From assembly GCA_021816725.1 (NCBI GenBank), contig JAKAXD010000005.1:4889-68888 (forward strand): 64,000 nt of DNA, read 5' to 3'. The translations under genes and the position numbers were made by a program. The stretch is from Thermoplasmata archaeon. Lineage in GTDB: Archaea > Thermoplasmatota > Thermoplasmata > Thermoplasmatales > GCA-001856825. Shown in pieces: positions 32,757 to 43,567 of the stretch. The notes beneath the pieces were generated by a model, which worked only from the letters and a program-made list of their open reading frames with translations, was not told the origin of the DNA and ran no database searches. Each line of letters begins with the position of its first letter. Positions within the stretch are counted from its first letter, which is position 1.

Positions 32757-33738
32757 AAAGGACGAAGTTGTAAACATAGAAATACTCAACGAGGAGGATC
32801 TCTGGTATCTATCCCTTCTTATTAAGCCTGGAGATGTGCTTATAGGAGAAGTCCTAAGAAGGGTCGAAAAGAAGGATGACGTAATAAGGAACAAGAAGAC
32901 CGAGAGGGAGAGAATAAAGGTATCAATAAGGATTGAAAGCGTGGAATTCATGGAGCTATCGTCAAGGATACACATACTCGGAGAGATCATTGGGGGTCCG
33001 GAAGATTATGTCGGAGAGCACCAGTCAATAAATGTTGAACCCGGATCGACACTATCTATCGTCCCTTCCGATCCAGTTCCGTTCACGAGAACACTTGAGG
33101 AATCCTCAAATCTGACTAATTCTTCCGTACTCGTCCTCTCTACTGATGATCAGTACATAACCCTTTACGGAATTAACGAGTCTAGGAACGAAATGATATG
33201 GCGAATATTCACTGGCTCTGGCAAGATGTACGAAGGGAAACAGAACAACTTCAGGAACGAATTCCTTGAAAAAATAGAGAAATATAGGCAGTCGGAAATA
33301 TACGTGATAGGGCCATCAATATTCCGCGATTCAATTTCCAAGGTCCTTTCGAAGGAAGGGTTCAAATCAATAAACACTCAGGTAGGGGGATCAGAGGAAG
33401 ACGGAATCAGGGAGCTCCTCCTTGCTGGCGTTGTGAATCTCAGGAGAAGCCAGGAAAGCAAGCTCGTTTCAGATTTCCTGAAGGGAGTGGGATCAGGAAT
33501 CTCCATCTACGGCAAGAAAGAGGTTGAAAGTGCTCTCGACGCGAAGGCTGTTGCTATCCTCCTGATGTCAGACAAATTTTTTAGAAGGGGCGATTCATCA
33601 AATTTCATGGAAAAATGCTACAAAGGAGGCGGGAAGGTGTTCGTGGTTCACAGCTCTTGGGAGACGGGGAAAATGGTGGAATCCTATGGCGGTGTAGTCG
33701 CTATTCTCAGGTACAGAACCGGCTTCTTATCCGCCTGA
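32743..33738 (+). CDS. pelA: Pelota (mRNA surveillance / ribosome rescue factor)
   Basis: From TTG 32743 it reads (M)KFNRKDEVVNIEILNEEDLWYLSLLIKPGDVL..., which matches the Pelota N-terminus. The ORF-track ATG at 32677 would overlap Mut7-C by 80 nt and add non-conserved residues. Confidence 0.85.
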   Translation: MKFNRKDEVVNIEILNEEDLWYLSLLIKPGDVLIGEVLRRVEKKDDVIRNKKTERERIKVSIRIESVEFMELSSRIHILGEIIGGPEDYVGEHQSINVEPGSTLSIVPSDPVPFTRTLEESSNLTNSSVLVLSTDDQYITLYGINESRNEMIWRIFTGSGKMYEGKQNNFRNEFLEKIEKYRQSEIYVIGPSIFRDSISKVLSKEGFKSINTQVGGSEEDGIRELLLAGVVNLRRSQESKLVSDFLKGVGSGISIYGKKEVESALDAKAVAILLMSDKFFRRGDSSNFMEKCYKGGGKVFVVHSSWETGKMVESYGGVVAILRYRTGFLSA

Positions 33739-33924
33739 AAATGACTTAATTATTGTGACACTATCTTCTCCGCCGATGATGACGTCCTCAGGAACGGGTC
33801 TTCCATTTTTGAGAATGATGGTTGAACTTGAATTGAGGCCAAGCTCCTTAAGAAGCTCCTCTCCGCTTCTGCTGCCTTCTACAATTACCTCTTTTGCTTC
33901 CCCGAATATCTTGACTCTCGTCAT
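33727..33924 (-). CDS. ThiS/MoaD-family ubiquitin-like small modifier (SAMP-like), C-terminal GG
   Basis: 65 aa beta-grasp-like sequence ending ...IIKSFSGG. Converges on pelota with a 12 nt overlap. Confidence 0.65.
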   Translation of the reverse strand: MTRVKIFGEAKEVIVEGSRSGEELLKELGLNSSSTIILKNGRPVPEDVIIGGEDSVTIIKSFSGG

Positions 33925-34459
33925 CCCTTTTCCTCAAAAGCAAATCTTTCTTTAAATAAATACATGATGAACAATTTGCCACGGAATCGTGTTCAAACAG
34001 AGGCACATCCGGATGACTGAACGGTTTCTTCCAGGAGCACTGTCAGGGAAGGTCACATTTTCATTGATTACGCTCTTAGGAATGACATTCCCCCTCTTTT
34101 GGCACAAACGCAAATTGAGGCTTCGTCCTCCGTAGTTGGCACTAGATGGGACCGTTAAAGGGGGGATTCCAATGGAGATTCAAGATCTTTGTAGGGGCTG
34201 CATTTTTGGAATACAAAGTTTCCCTTCTTCCACTGGTTGATTGATTGCAATATTTGTGAAAGCAGGGTAGTTCCGTTAATTCACGGATAGGCTACAAACT
34301 AAGCTGTCATCCTTCCATACGACAGAATCAAAAGCATCTGAGGTTGATTGTCAATAAGTGGGCCTGTAACAAGATGCCTTGATTTGAATTCTGTCTCTAC
34401 CTCGCTTTCACTAAAGACATTCCCGGAAGTTGAAATAGAAGGTAAGAATTCCAATTTCA

Positions 34460-35266
34460 TTGGTAACACTAATAGATGATCGCAACAAAGAGGTAAACGT
34501 CCCTGAAAAAATTGAGAGAATTGTAAGCCTGAGCCCTGCGATAACTGAAATCCTGTTTGATTTGGGGCTCGGTAACAAGGTAGTTGGAGTAACGCCATTT
34601 TGCGTAAGACCGGTAGAGGCAACTAAAAAGAAGAAGGTAGCAAGCTATGGCTATGCCAGTCTTGAGCAGTTTGACAAGATAAAGCCCGATGTTGTACTAA
34701 CGGTCACTGGATATCAGAACACAGTTGCAGATCAGCTCTCTCCACATTTCCCAACGTTCTCCTTCAGGCTTCCGTCATCCCTTGGAGGCGTGATTGATCT
34801 CGCGGCAAAAGTCGGTATAGTTGTGGGAAAGGAGGATGATGGGAGGTTACTGGAAAGAAAACTGTTTGATTTCATGAAAGGGATTAATAGAGGCAGGGAA
34901 AGGAGTGTATACTTCGAATGCGACCTTGGGGGGCAGGTAACATTCGGTGCATTATCCTACATCACAGATGTGCTTCGCTACATGAACTTCAAGTCCATAT
35001 ATTCCTGGTCCCTGAGTGAATGGCTAAAGCCTGACAATGAATTTATCAAATCAGCTGACCCAGAATACGTGATCTTGGAACCAAAGATGTTTTCAGCAAG
35101 GGACCCAAATCTTGTTGAGAAAATAGTAGAAAGCAGAGGGTGGGAAGGATTGTCAGCTTACAAAAACAAGAGGATTTACCTGACTCCAGGTACATACGAT
35201 TTCTTCGCTCACCACGGTCCATCGCTTATTACAGAGGTCTTGCCGTGGCTGGAGAAGATTGGTTGA
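34460..35266 (+). CDS. BtuF/TroA-like (cluster A) substrate-binding protein, cobalamin/iron-siderophore type, no signal peptide
   Basis: IVSLSPAITEILFDLGLGNKVVGVT is the typical N-lobe motif. 268 aa. TTG start, and only 7 in-frame codons are open upstream of it. Confidence 0.7.
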   Translation: MVTLIDDRNKEVNVPEKIERIVSLSPAITEILFDLGLGNKVVGVTPFCVRPVEATKKKKVASYGYASLEQFDKIKPDVVLTVTGYQNTVADQLSPHFPTFSFRLPSSLGGVIDLAAKVGIVVGKEDDGRLLERKLFDFMKGINRGRERSVYFECDLGGQVTFGALSYITDVLRYMNFKSIYSWSLSEWLKPDNEFIKSADPEYVILEPKMFSARDPNLVEKIVESRGWEGLSAYKNKRIYLTPGTYDFFAHHGPSLITEVLPWLEKIG

Positions 35267-35444
35267 GGTGGGGGCATCCACACCAATAATATTATAAACT
35301 TTATCGTGAAAAAAACATCTTGCCTGACCAACTTTCGAATAAAAATATACAAAGCTGGATTTTAATGCCCAATAAAAAACAAAAACACAAAGAATATGTA
35401 TAACAAAAAGATAAGGTCGAGCAATTCCAGAGGTTTAAAATGAG

Positions 35445-35458
35445 TTTGTATAAAATTT
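35445..35458 (+). promoter_or_regulatory. TATA-box-like element upstream of the RNA polymerase operon
   Basis: TTTGTATAAAATTT lies 51-64 nt upstream of the rpoH ATG. GGAGG at 35493-35497 (11 nt before the ATG) would then sit in a short 5' leader. Confidence 0.35.
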
Positions 35459-35508
35459 CGATTGCAGCGGGGGCTGAAAACATGGGATTGCTGGAGGGCT
35501 AGATTTCT

Positions 35509-35763
35509 ATGGCTAAATATAATATATTAATGCACGAGATGGTTCCAGAGCATTGGTTGGTTTCAGTCAAGGAGGAGGAAAAGGTTTTGAAGACACTTGG
35601 AGTGACCAAGGGGCAGCTTCCAAAGATAAGGAAATCGGACCCGGTTATAAAAGCTCTGGAAAAGGTTGAAGGGGAAATTATTCCAGGCAGAATGATTGAA
35701 ATTGTCAGGAAGAGCAGAACAAGAGGAATTGCCAAGTTATATAGAACCGTGATAGGTGAATAA
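35509..35763 (+). CDS. rpoH: DNA-directed RNA polymerase subunit H (Rpo5)
   Basis: 84 aa with the HEMVPEH motif. First gene of the H-B-A'-A'' cluster. Confidence 0.9.
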   Translation: MAKYNILMHEMVPEHWLVSVKEEEKVLKTLGVTKGQLPKIRKSDPVIKALEKVEGEIIPGRMIEIVRKSRTRGIAKLYRTVIGE

Positions 35764-35766
35764 TAG

Positions 35767-38700
35767 ATGTATAGTATCTTGAATACGTTTTTTAAAGAGA
35801 TGGAAGTAGTCAACCATCAGCTAGTTTCTTACAACGATTTTATCCCAACAGATGATAACCCGGATTCTGGAATGCAGCAGGTCTTCGACACTCTTAGAGT
35901 GACGGAGGATGACTTACCTGGGGAAATGAAGCTTGATAGATCAAAGACGGGCGGGGTGGACATTAGGATAAGGTTTGGTCGACCAAAGAACGTTGAAAAA
36001 CCGGAACCTACAGTTTCAATAGAACTTCCTAAAATCAGGGAACCTACTGGATCTGAGAATTACATTACCCCACTCGAAGCAAGGCTAAGGGACCTAAACT
36101 ACATGGCTCCTCTCTTCCTTGATTTCACTGTTCTTGAAGAGGATACGGAGGTAAGGAACGAGAAGATAAAAATTGGGGAATTCCCAGTTATGGTCAGGTC
36201 CAAAATATGCATACTGCACAAGAACAACACCGATGAATTCATCAGGAGGATCAATCTCAGGAAGGACGAGAAGATCAGGGGGATGACGGAGGAAGAGCTG
36301 CTCTCCCTCCCATACGAGAAGAAGCTCCAGCTTCTTGGGGAGGATCCCCAGGATCCAGGCGGATACTTCATTATTGGAGGTACGGAGAGAACATTGATTT
36401 CAATGGAAGACCTTGCGCCTAACAAGATCATAGTGGAATATGAGGAGAAGTATGATTCTAGAGTTGAGGTTGCCAAGATTTTCTCACAGAAAGAGGGGTA
36501 CAGGGCATTGATAGTAGTAGAAAGGAAGGCAGACGGCATACTTACAGTTTCAGTACCTTCAATCGCAGGAACCATACCGCTTGTAGTTCTCATGAAGGCG
36601 CTTGGGGTTGACAAGGACAAGGACATCTATGATTCCATTGTGACAGACGAAAGGATGATCCCGATCGTGCTGGCGAACATCGAGGACTCCGAGAACACAG
36701 AACTCTATCCACCGAGCGGCATCATGAGCGAGAAGGATGCGATCAACTATCTCGAGAAGAGATTCGCAGCAGGGCAGGCAAAAGAGTTCAGGGAAAAGAA
36801 GATGTCACAGATCCTCGACAAGAATCTCCTGCCTCATCTGGGAGATTCGTTCCAGGACAGGACAAAGAAGGGCATCTACCTCGGCAGGATGGCGAGGGCT
36901 CTTCTGGAACTTTACCTTGGCGTAAGGAAAGAAGACGACAAGGATCACCTTGCAAACAAGAGAATAAAATTATCAGGAGACCTGCTTGAGGAGCTCTTCA
37001 GAAGCTCTGCACAGGCCCTGCTTAAGGACCTTAAGGGTCAACTTGAGAAGACATACAACAGGAAAAGAGGGATAAGGCTGAATGCGGCAGTCAGGCAGGA
37101 CGTCCTGAATGAGAAGCTCAAACACGCGATATCTACCGGCAACTGGATCGGCGGCAGGACAGGCGTTTCGCAGCTGCTTGAAAGGACCTCTTACATAGCT
37201 ACGTTATCGCACCTGAGGAGGATATCCTCCCCACTTACGAGATCGCAGCCGCACTTCGAGGCGAGGGATCTCCACCCCACCCAGTGGGGAAGAATGTGCC
37301 CTAATGAAACACCCGAAGGGCAGAACTGCGGACTGGTTAAGAATGCAAGCCTTGTTATTGATATAACTGAAGGTTACCCAGAAGAAAACATCATCGAGCT
37401 CCTGAAGAAGATGGGTCTTGAGGAAATACTGGGCGAGAAGCCAGGATTGTCAAGGATATATGTCAATGGAAACCTGATAGGCTACCACAAGGACGGGCAG
37501 AGCGTTGTTTCAGAGATCAGGAAGAAGAGGAGATCTGGAAGCATATCCAACCAGGTGAACATCAGATTCGATGACACAACTAACGAAGTGATAATAAACA
37601 CCGACAAGGGAAGGATCAGAAGGCCTCTGATAATAGTTTACAATGGGAAGATAAAGTTCAACAGCACGATAAGGGAAAATCTCATATCAGGCAAGATTGG
37701 GGTCAAGGACCTTATATCTAACGGCATAATAGAATGGCTCGATGCGGAAGAGGAAGAGAATGCATACGTTGCAATATATCCTTACGAGAAGCCTCTTAAA
37801 TGTCCGCACTGCGGTACATACCTTTACAGCGATCTTACAGAATGGACAAATCCCGGCGAGGAGAACGTGAAGCTGAAGTGCCTCAAGTGCAACGAAACAT
37901 TCGACGGCAAGAAGAGCTATGGGCCTGAGCATACCCACCTGGAAATTGATCCAATGATGATCCAGGGCGTTGTTGTCGGAGTGATTCCTTATGCGGAACA
38001 CAACCAGTCTCCAAGGGTCACGATGGGCGCTGCCATGACAAAGCAATCCCTCGGACTTTCATCTTCAAACTACAGGCTTAGGCCTGATACCAGGGGACAC
38101 GTGCTCCATTATCCACAAAAGCCAATGGTAACTACCGGAGCCGCAAAGTACATAAAGTACAACAGGAGGCCATCAGGGCAGAATGCGGTCGTTGCCCTTA
38201 TCTCGTATCACAACTACAACATCCAGGACGCAGTCATAGTCAACAAGGCATCTGTGGAAAGGGGGTTCGGAAGATCTGCATTTTTCAGGACGTACAAGGC
38301 AGAGGAAAAGAGGTACCCTGGAGGGCAGGAAGACAAGTTCGAGATACCACCCCCGGAGGTACGGGGAGTTAGGAGCGAAGAATCTTACAGGAACCTGGAT
38401 GAAAACGGCATGGTTTCTCCAGAGATTTATGTTTCTGGCGGGGACGTTATAGTTGGCAAGACCTCACCTCCAAGATTCATGGAAGAGGAACAGAAGATTT
38501 CTATCCAGAAGAGGAGGGAGAGCTCTATCACGAACAGGCCCGGAGAGACGGGGCATATAGATTCCGTAATCCTGACAGTTTCAGAAAACAACAGCAGGTT
38601 GCTCAAGGTGAAAGTAAGGGATGACAGGATTCCAGAACTTGGAGACAAGTTCGCGAGCAGGCACGGGCAGAAGGGCGTAATTGGAGCGATCATTCCGCAG

Positions 38701-39384
38701 GAAGACATGCCTTTCACGGAGGAAGGTGTGATCCCAGACCTTATAATTAATCCGCATTCCATCCCGAGCAGGATGACCGTAGGGCATCTACTTGAAACAA
38801 TTGGCGGGAAGGTCGGCGCTCTCGAAGGGAGGTTCATCAACGGGACAGTGTTCGAGGGAGAACCAGAAGAGTCCCTGAGAGAATCACTAGAGAGGAACGG
38901 ATTCAAGTATTCAGGAAGGGAAACGATGTACGATGGAATAACAGGAAGGAAGTTCAAGGCTGACATATTCATCGGCGTCGTATACTACCAGAAACTGCAC
39001 CACATGGTTGCGGGAAAGTTCCATGCAAGATCAAGAGGGCCAGTACAGATACTCACGAGGCAACCGACGGAAGGTAGGTCCAGGCAGGGAGGTCTGAGGT
39101 TCGGTGAGATGGAAAGGGATACACTCATCGGGCACGGCGCAGCTATGGCAATAAAGGACAGGCTGCTGGACCAGAGCGATGGATTCACCGTATATGTGTG
39201 CGGTGATCCTGACTGCGGCCACGTTGCAATCTACGATTACAAGACCCATCAGCTCAGATGCCCTGTATGCGGTAACACCAGCAATATCAGGCCAGTTGAG
39301 ACAAGTTACGCATTCAAGCTGATGAGGGATGAACTGATGTCTCTTGGCGTAGTCATGAGGCTAAGGCTGGGTGATTTGAAATGA
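35767..39384 (+). CDS. rpoB: DNA-directed RNA polymerase subunit B (Rpo2), unsplit
   Basis: 1205 aa. [21 protein letters not shown]-type motif ([13 protein letters not shown]), and a C-terminal Zn ribbon CGDPDCGH...CPVCGN. Confidence 0.95.
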   Translation: MYSILNTFFKEMEVVNHQLVSYNDFIPTDDNPDSGMQQVFDTLRVTEDDLPGEMKLDRSKTGGVDIRIRFGRPKNVEKPEPTVSIELPKIREPTGSENYITPLEARLRDLNYMAPLFLDFTVLEEDTEVRNEKIKIGEFPVMVRSKICILHKNNTDEFIRRINLRKDEKIRGMTEEELLSLPYEKKLQLLGEDPQDPGGYFIIGGTERTLISMEDLAPNKIIVEYEEKYDSRVEVAKIFSQKEGYRALIVVERKADGILTVSVPSIAGTIPLVVLMKALGVDKDKDIYDSIVTDERMIPIVLANIEDSENTELYPPSGIMSEKDAINYLEKRFAAGQAKEFREKKMSQILDKNLLPHLGDSFQDRTKKGIYLGRMARALLELYLGVRKEDDKDHLANKRIKLSGDLLEELFRSSAQALLKDLKGQLEKTYNRKRGIRLNAAVRQDVLNEKLKHAISTGNWIGGRTGVSQLLERTSYIATLSHLRRISSPLTRSQPHFEARDLHPTQWGRMCPNETPEGQNCGLVKNASLVIDITEGYPEENIIELLKKMGLEEILGEKPGLSRIYVNGNLIGYHKDGQSVVSEIRKKRRSGSISNQVNIRFDDTTNEVIINTDKGRIRRPLIIVYNGKIKFNSTIRENLISGKIGVKDLISNGIIEWLDAEEEENAYVAIYPYEKPLKCPHCGTYLYSDLTEWTNPGEENVKLKCLKCNETFDGKKSYGPEHTHLEIDPMMIQGVVVGVIPYAEHNQSPRVTMGAAMTKQSLGLSSSNYRLRPDTRGHVLHYPQKPMVTTGAAKYIKYNRRPSGQNAVVALISYHNYNIQDAVIVNKASVERGFGRSAFFRTYKAEEKRYPGGQEDKFEIPPPEVRGVRSEESYRNLDENGMVSPEIYVSGGDVIVGKTSPPRFMEEEQKISIQKRRESSITNRPGETGHIDSVILTVSENNSRLLKVKVRDDRIPELGDKFASRHGQKGVIGAIIPQEDMPFTEEGVIPDLIINPHSIPSRMTVGHLLETIGGKVGALEGRFINGTVFEGEPEESLRESLERNGFKYSGRETMYDGITGRKFKADIFIGVVYYQKLHHMVAGKFHARSRGPVQILTRQPTEGRSRQGGLRFGEMERDTLIGHGAAMAIKDRLLDQSDGFTVYVCGDPDCGHVAIYDYKTHQLRCPVCGNTSNIRPVETSYAFKLMRDELMSLGVVMRLRLGDLK

Positions 39385-42029
39385 AGGTTGAAATATCAAA
39401 GGGAATAGAGGAACTCAAGTTTGCGCTCCTGTCTCCAGATGAGATAAGGAGAATGTCAGCCGTTAAGGTGATCACTCCAGACACATACGACGATGATGGC
39501 TATCCGATAGAGAAGGGGCTCATGGACCCATCCATGGGAGTGATAGAACCAGGATTGAAGTGCAAGACGTGTGGCGGAAAAGTCGACCAGTGTCCTGGTC
39601 ATTTCGGTCATATCGAACTTGCGATGCCCGTCGTTCACATCGGATTCATTAAGGAAATCTACTCAATCCTGTCAAGTACCTGCTCCAACTGCGGAAGAAT
39701 AAAGCTGGCAGATGATAAGCTAAAAGGGTATTTCCAGAAAATAAAGGATACAGCGGACAGACTGAGCGACATTGAGTACGACGATATCGTTTCAGAAGTG
39801 GAATCTGAAGCGTCCGATGTAGTTATCTGTCCCCATTGCCATTTTGAGAACCAGAAGGTGGCACTGGACAAGCCGACAACGTTCAGGGAAGAGGGTAAGA
39901 AGCTCACTCCAAAGGAAATAAGGGAAAGATTCGAGAAGATTCCCAACGAGGACCTCCCTCTCATCGGTCTGGACCCAAAGGTGGCCAGGCCAGAGTGGAT
40001 GGTCCTTACAGTTTTCCCTGTACCCCCCGTCAACGTGAGACCCACGATAACGCTTGAGACAGGAGAGAGAAGCGAAGATGACCTTACGCACAAACTTGTG
40101 GATGTTATCAGGATAAACCAGAGATTGAGGGAGAACAGGGACCAGGGTAGCCCGCAGCTGATCATAGAAGATTTGTGGGACCTCCTTCAGTATCACATTA
40201 CAACATACTTCGATAACCAGACCCCTGGAACTCCACCTGCAAGGCACAGGTCTGGGCGATCGCTTAAGACGCTCGTTCAGAGGCTCAAGGGAAAGGAGGG
40301 AAGGTTCAGGAGCAATCTTTCGGGCAAGAGGGTCAACTTTTCTGCCAGGACAGTAATCAGTCCGGAACCGTTCCTTTCAATCAATCAGGTTGGGGTACCG
40401 GAAAAGGCCGCAAGGGAACTCACGGTGACGGAAACAGTTACGGAGCACAATTTCGAGAAACTTAAGGAACTGATCAAGAACGGCCCCGGGAAGGAAGAGG
40501 ACGTCTACAAGCCGGGAGTTAACTACGTGTACAGGACAGACGGAAGCAGGATAAAGATATCAGACAAGAATGCGGCTGAAGTGGCGGAAAAGATGGAAAT
40601 GGGCTGGCAGGTTGAAAGACAGATGGAGAATGGCGACATAGTTCTGTTCAACAGGCAGCCGAGCCTGCACAGGATGTCGATGATGGCGCATGAAGTAAGG
40701 GTCCTACCTTACAGGACTTTCAGGTTCAACCTAGCTGTCTGCGCGCCGTACAATGCAGATTTTGATGGAGACGAAATGAACCTCCATGTGCTTCAGAGCC
40801 AGGAGGCAAGGGCAGAAGCAGAGATACTCATGAAGGTCCAGGAGAACTTCCTTTCTCCAAGGTTTGGAGGGCCGATAATGGGTGCGATTCATGACCACAT
40901 AACTGCACTCTTCATGTTAACATACAAGAACCCACTGATACCGCTTGATGCGGGGCTGCACATAATGAGCTACATTGACGTAGACAAAACCCCAGAGACC
41001 GTGGAGGTGGACGGGAAGAAGTATTTCAGGGGCAGGGACATATTCTCTATGATACTTCCGGAGGGCGTCAACCTGGAATTCAAGGGAAAGCTGGGGGACA
41101 AGAGCCTTGACCCGAACGGAACAGAGGGGACCATTAAGATAGAGAACGGCAAGCTTATTAATGGTGCAATTGATGAAAATGCAATAGGGCAATCCAAGGG
41201 TGTACTCCTGGATTACGTCCTTAGGAAGTACGGGAATGCTGAAGGGGCAAAGTTCCTGGATAACCTCACTAGGCTTGCTGCTGGAGTGATAAGTTTCACT
41301 GGATTCTCCACTGGAATAGATGACGAGGATGTGCCAGGCGAAGCGAAGGCCCAGCTGAGGGAAGTTGGAAATGAGGCCGTCCAGAAGGTAGAAAAGCTCA
41401 TCGAGAATTACAAGAACGGTCTTATAGGAATGGAGCCTGGAAAGACTCTTGAGGACACCCTGGAATCAATGGTGATGAAGGCGCTTTCCCAAGCAAGGGA
41501 AAAGAGCTCTGAAATCGCTTCCCATTATCTTGGTATGGACAATTCTACAGTCATAATGGCAAGGTCCGGCGCCAGGGCGAACATGATGAACCTGGCACAG
41601 ATGGCTGGGATCATAGGGCAGCAGAGTATCAGGGGGCAGAGGCAGCACAGGGGGTATACCAACAGAACACTACCCCACTTCCAGAAGGGTGACATAGGCG
41701 CTTATGCGCGAGGATTCGTCAGCTCATCCTACAAGGAGGGACTGAATCCAACTGAATACTTCTTCCACGCGACAGGAGGAAGGGAGGGGCTTGTGGATAT
41801 TGCTGTGAGGACATCAAGGTCTGGTTACATGCAGAGGAGACTGATCAACGCTCTAGAGGATTTGAAGGTATCCGATGAGGGCAAGGTCCTGGATACGGAG
41901 GATTCCATAATCCAACTGGAATATGGGGAGGATGGGACAGACCCATCCAGGTCCTTCGAAGGAGAATCAGTAGACGTCGACTACCTTATCAAGGAGATGT
42001 TTGGAAAGAAGTACGGGGGGAAACAATGA
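39381..42029 (+). CDS. rpoA1: DNA-directed RNA polymerase subunit A' (Rpo1N)
   Basis: CKTCGG...[10 protein letters not shown] zinc motif and catalytic [10 protein letters not shown]. Start preceded by GGTGAT plus 5 nt. ATGA overlap with rpoB. Confidence 0.95.
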   Translation: MKVEISKGIEELKFALLSPDEIRRMSAVKVITPDTYDDDGYPIEKGLMDPSMGVIEPGLKCKTCGGKVDQCPGHFGHIELAMPVVHIGFIKEIYSILSSTCSNCGRIKLADDKLKGYFQKIKDTADRLSDIEYDDIVSEVESEASDVVICPHCHFENQKVALDKPTTFREEGKKLTPKEIRERFEKIPNEDLPLIGLDPKVARPEWMVLTVFPVPPVNVRPTITLETGERSEDDLTHKLVDVIRINQRLRENRDQGSPQLIIEDLWDLLQYHITTYFDNQTPGTPPARHRSGRSLKTLVQRLKGKEGRFRSNLSGKRVNFSARTVISPEPFLSINQVGVPEKAARELTVTETVTEHNFEKLKELIKNGPGKEEDVYKPGVNYVYRTDGSRIKISDKNAAEVAEKMEMGWQVERQMENGDIVLFNRQPSLHRMSMMAHEVRVLPYRTFRFNLAVCAPYNADFDGDEMNLHVLQSQEARAEAEILMKVQENFLSPRFGGPIMGAIHDHITALFMLTYKNPLIPLDAGLHIMSYIDVDKTPETVEVDGKKYFRGRDIFSMILPEGVNLEFKGKLGDKSLDPNGTEGTIKIENGKLINGAIDENAIGQSKGVLLDYVLRKYGNAEGAKFLDNLTRLAAGVISFTGFSTGIDDEDVPGEAKAQLREVGNEAVQKVEKLIENYKNGLIGMEPGKTLEDTLESMVMKALSQAREKSSEIASHYLGMDNSTVIMARSGARANMMNLAQMAGIIGQQSIRGQRQHRGYTNRTLPHFQKGDIGAYARGFVSSSYKEGLNPTEYFFHATGGREGLVDIAVRTSRSGYMQRRLINALEDLKVSDEGKVLDTEDSIIQLEYGEDGTDPSRSFEGESVDVDYLIKEMFGKKYGGKQ

Positions 42030-43567
42030 CAGTCTTGGCCTGGAAGGATACCCTGAAGAAGGTCAAGGAGCTCATTGACAAGGCTCCTGTTGGATATTGC
42101 CTGGATTACGATATCCCTCCTGACAAAGCAGTTAAGGAAGCACTCATAACTATTACAGGCAAGATGTTCGTTGCGAAAGCAAAGATATCGAAGATAGCTC
42201 CATACCAGAACGAGAAGAACGTGATCAAGAAAAAGAAGGATAAGTTGAAGACACTTGTGATGATAGAAAAGATAGAGGAGATACAGGACGACATCGTAAA
42301 TTACGAGGAAGTGAACGGTGGCTCCGTCGACAAGATCCTCTCCTACGTAATTCTATCCAGAAAGGAAGAAGCCAAGATTATACAGAGAGAACCGATGGAA
42401 GAGAAGCTCAGCAACGACGTGAAGGCCATACTCCACCAGGTTGAAAAGGATGGGGTAGACCTGCCTGTCAAGATTGCAGAGCAACTTGCTGAGGCTAAGA
42501 AGCAATACAAGATTGAAGGGAAGGACTTCGACAAGCTTGTAAAGGCGGCAGTTGAGAAGTACAAGGAGACGGAGGTTGATCCATTTGAGGCGGTTGGGAT
42601 AGTGGGTGCCCAAAGCATAGGGGAACCTGGAACACAGATGACGATGAGGACTTTCCACTTCGCAGGTGTCGCGGAAATGGACGTTACCCTTGGTCTGCCA
42701 AGGCTTATAGAAATAGTTGACGCAAGGAAAACTCCAAGCACTCCATCCATGACAATATATCTTTCAGAGAAAGCAAGAGGGGATGAGGACAAGGCAGTAG
42801 GACTGGCTAGGTCCATAGAGTCCACAACCCTACTCGACATAGCTGACATTGAGGTTAACACTACTGAAAGTTACGTAAAGATACTACTCGACAAGCAGAA
42901 GATGCAGGAAAGGGGGCTCAAGAGAGAGGAGATTCTTCCAAGAATCAAGAAGATCAGGATGCAGAAAACAACGATAACCGAGGAGGAAAATGAAATAAGG
43001 CTCACGCTTGACGAGCCGTCGTTCAAGAGAATATACCAGCTGTATGAGAACCTCAAGACATTCCAGGTCAAGGGTCTTGGTGGAATCAAGAGAGCTATAG
43101 TAAAGTTCGACCAGAAGGCAAAGGAATGGGTCATCTATACCCAAGGCTCCAATCTTGCAGGAGTCCTGGAACTTAAGGACGTAGATTTCTCCAGGACAAG
43201 AACAAATGACATCATCGAGATCTCCCAGGTCTTGGGGGTGGAAGCTGCACGTGAAGCGATAATTGAGGAGAGTACTTCAACACTTCACAATGCGGGTCTC
43301 AATACCGATATTAGGCACCTGATGCTTGTCGCCGACATGATGACGTTTTCAGGAGTTGTAGAAGCCATCGGCAGGCACGGCATATCCGGAAAGAAGGCAT
43401 CTGTCCTTGCGAGGGCTGCTTTTGAAATCACAAGCAAGCACCTCCTCAACGCAGGACTCATAGGCGAGGTAGACAGGCTGAACGGAGTGGCAGAAAATAT
43501 TATAGTAGGACAACCAATAACCCTCGGAACAGGCGCAGTCAAGCTTGCTTACAGGAGAGAGGATTAA
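42026..43567 (+). CDS. rpoA2: DNA-directed RNA polymerase subunit A'' (Rpo1C) with extended N-terminus
   Basis: [21 protein letters not shown] (trigger-loop region). 513 aa. ATGA overlap with rpoA1. Confidence 0.9.
   Translation: MTVLAWKDTLKKVKELIDKAPVGYCLDYDIPPDKAVKEALITITGKMFVAKAKISKIAPYQNEKNVIKKKKDKLKTLVMIEKIEEIQDDIVNYEEVNGGSVDKILSYVILSRKEEAKIIQREPMEEKLSNDVKAILHQVEKDGVDLPVKIAEQLAEAKKQYKIEGKDFDKLVKAAVEKYKETEVDPFEAVGIVGAQSIGEPGTQMTMRTFHFAGVAEMDVTLGLPRLIEIVDARKTPSTPSMTIYLSEKARGDEDKAVGLARSIESTTLLDIADIEVNTTESYVKILLDKQKMQERGLKREEILPRIKKIRMQKTTITEEENEIRLTLDEPSFKRIYQLYENLKTFQVKGLGGIKRAIVKFDQKAKEWVIYTQGSNLAGVLELKDVDFSRTRTNDIIEISQVLGVEAAREAIIEESTSTLHNAGLNTDIRHLMLVADMMTFSGVVEAIGRHGISGKKASVLARAAFEITSKHLLNAGLIGEVDRLNGVAENIIVGQPITLGTGAVKLAYRRED

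Noticed and set aside
33964-34020. C/D-box sRNA-like string: ATGATGA ... CTGA, 57 nt apart
   Set aside because: There are no credible internal D'/C' boxes, GATGA sits immediately before the CTGA, and there is no terminal stem complementarity. Not supportable by eye.
34381-34391. GATTTGAATTC, a 10/11 match to the T-arm of the tRNA-Pro gene (possible att-like tRNA fragment)
   Set aside because: The flanks do not match the tRNA. A 10/11 match is expected about once by chance in 64 kb on two strands.
35301-35483. 60 aa minus-strand ORF upstream of rpoH
   Set aside because: It lies in the AT-rich promoter region of the RNAP operon. Its translation is Cys/Phe/Leu-rich low complexity with no support.
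36099-43542. About 20 ORFs of 60-181 aa on the minus strand (and some off-frame on the plus strand) inside rpoB, rpoA1 and rpoA2
   Set aside because: They lie entirely inside long CDSs with unmistakable conserved motifs. Their translations are low-complexity (Ser/Leu/Pro-rich), typical of antisense frames of coding DNA. None has a recognisable motif or an independent start context.
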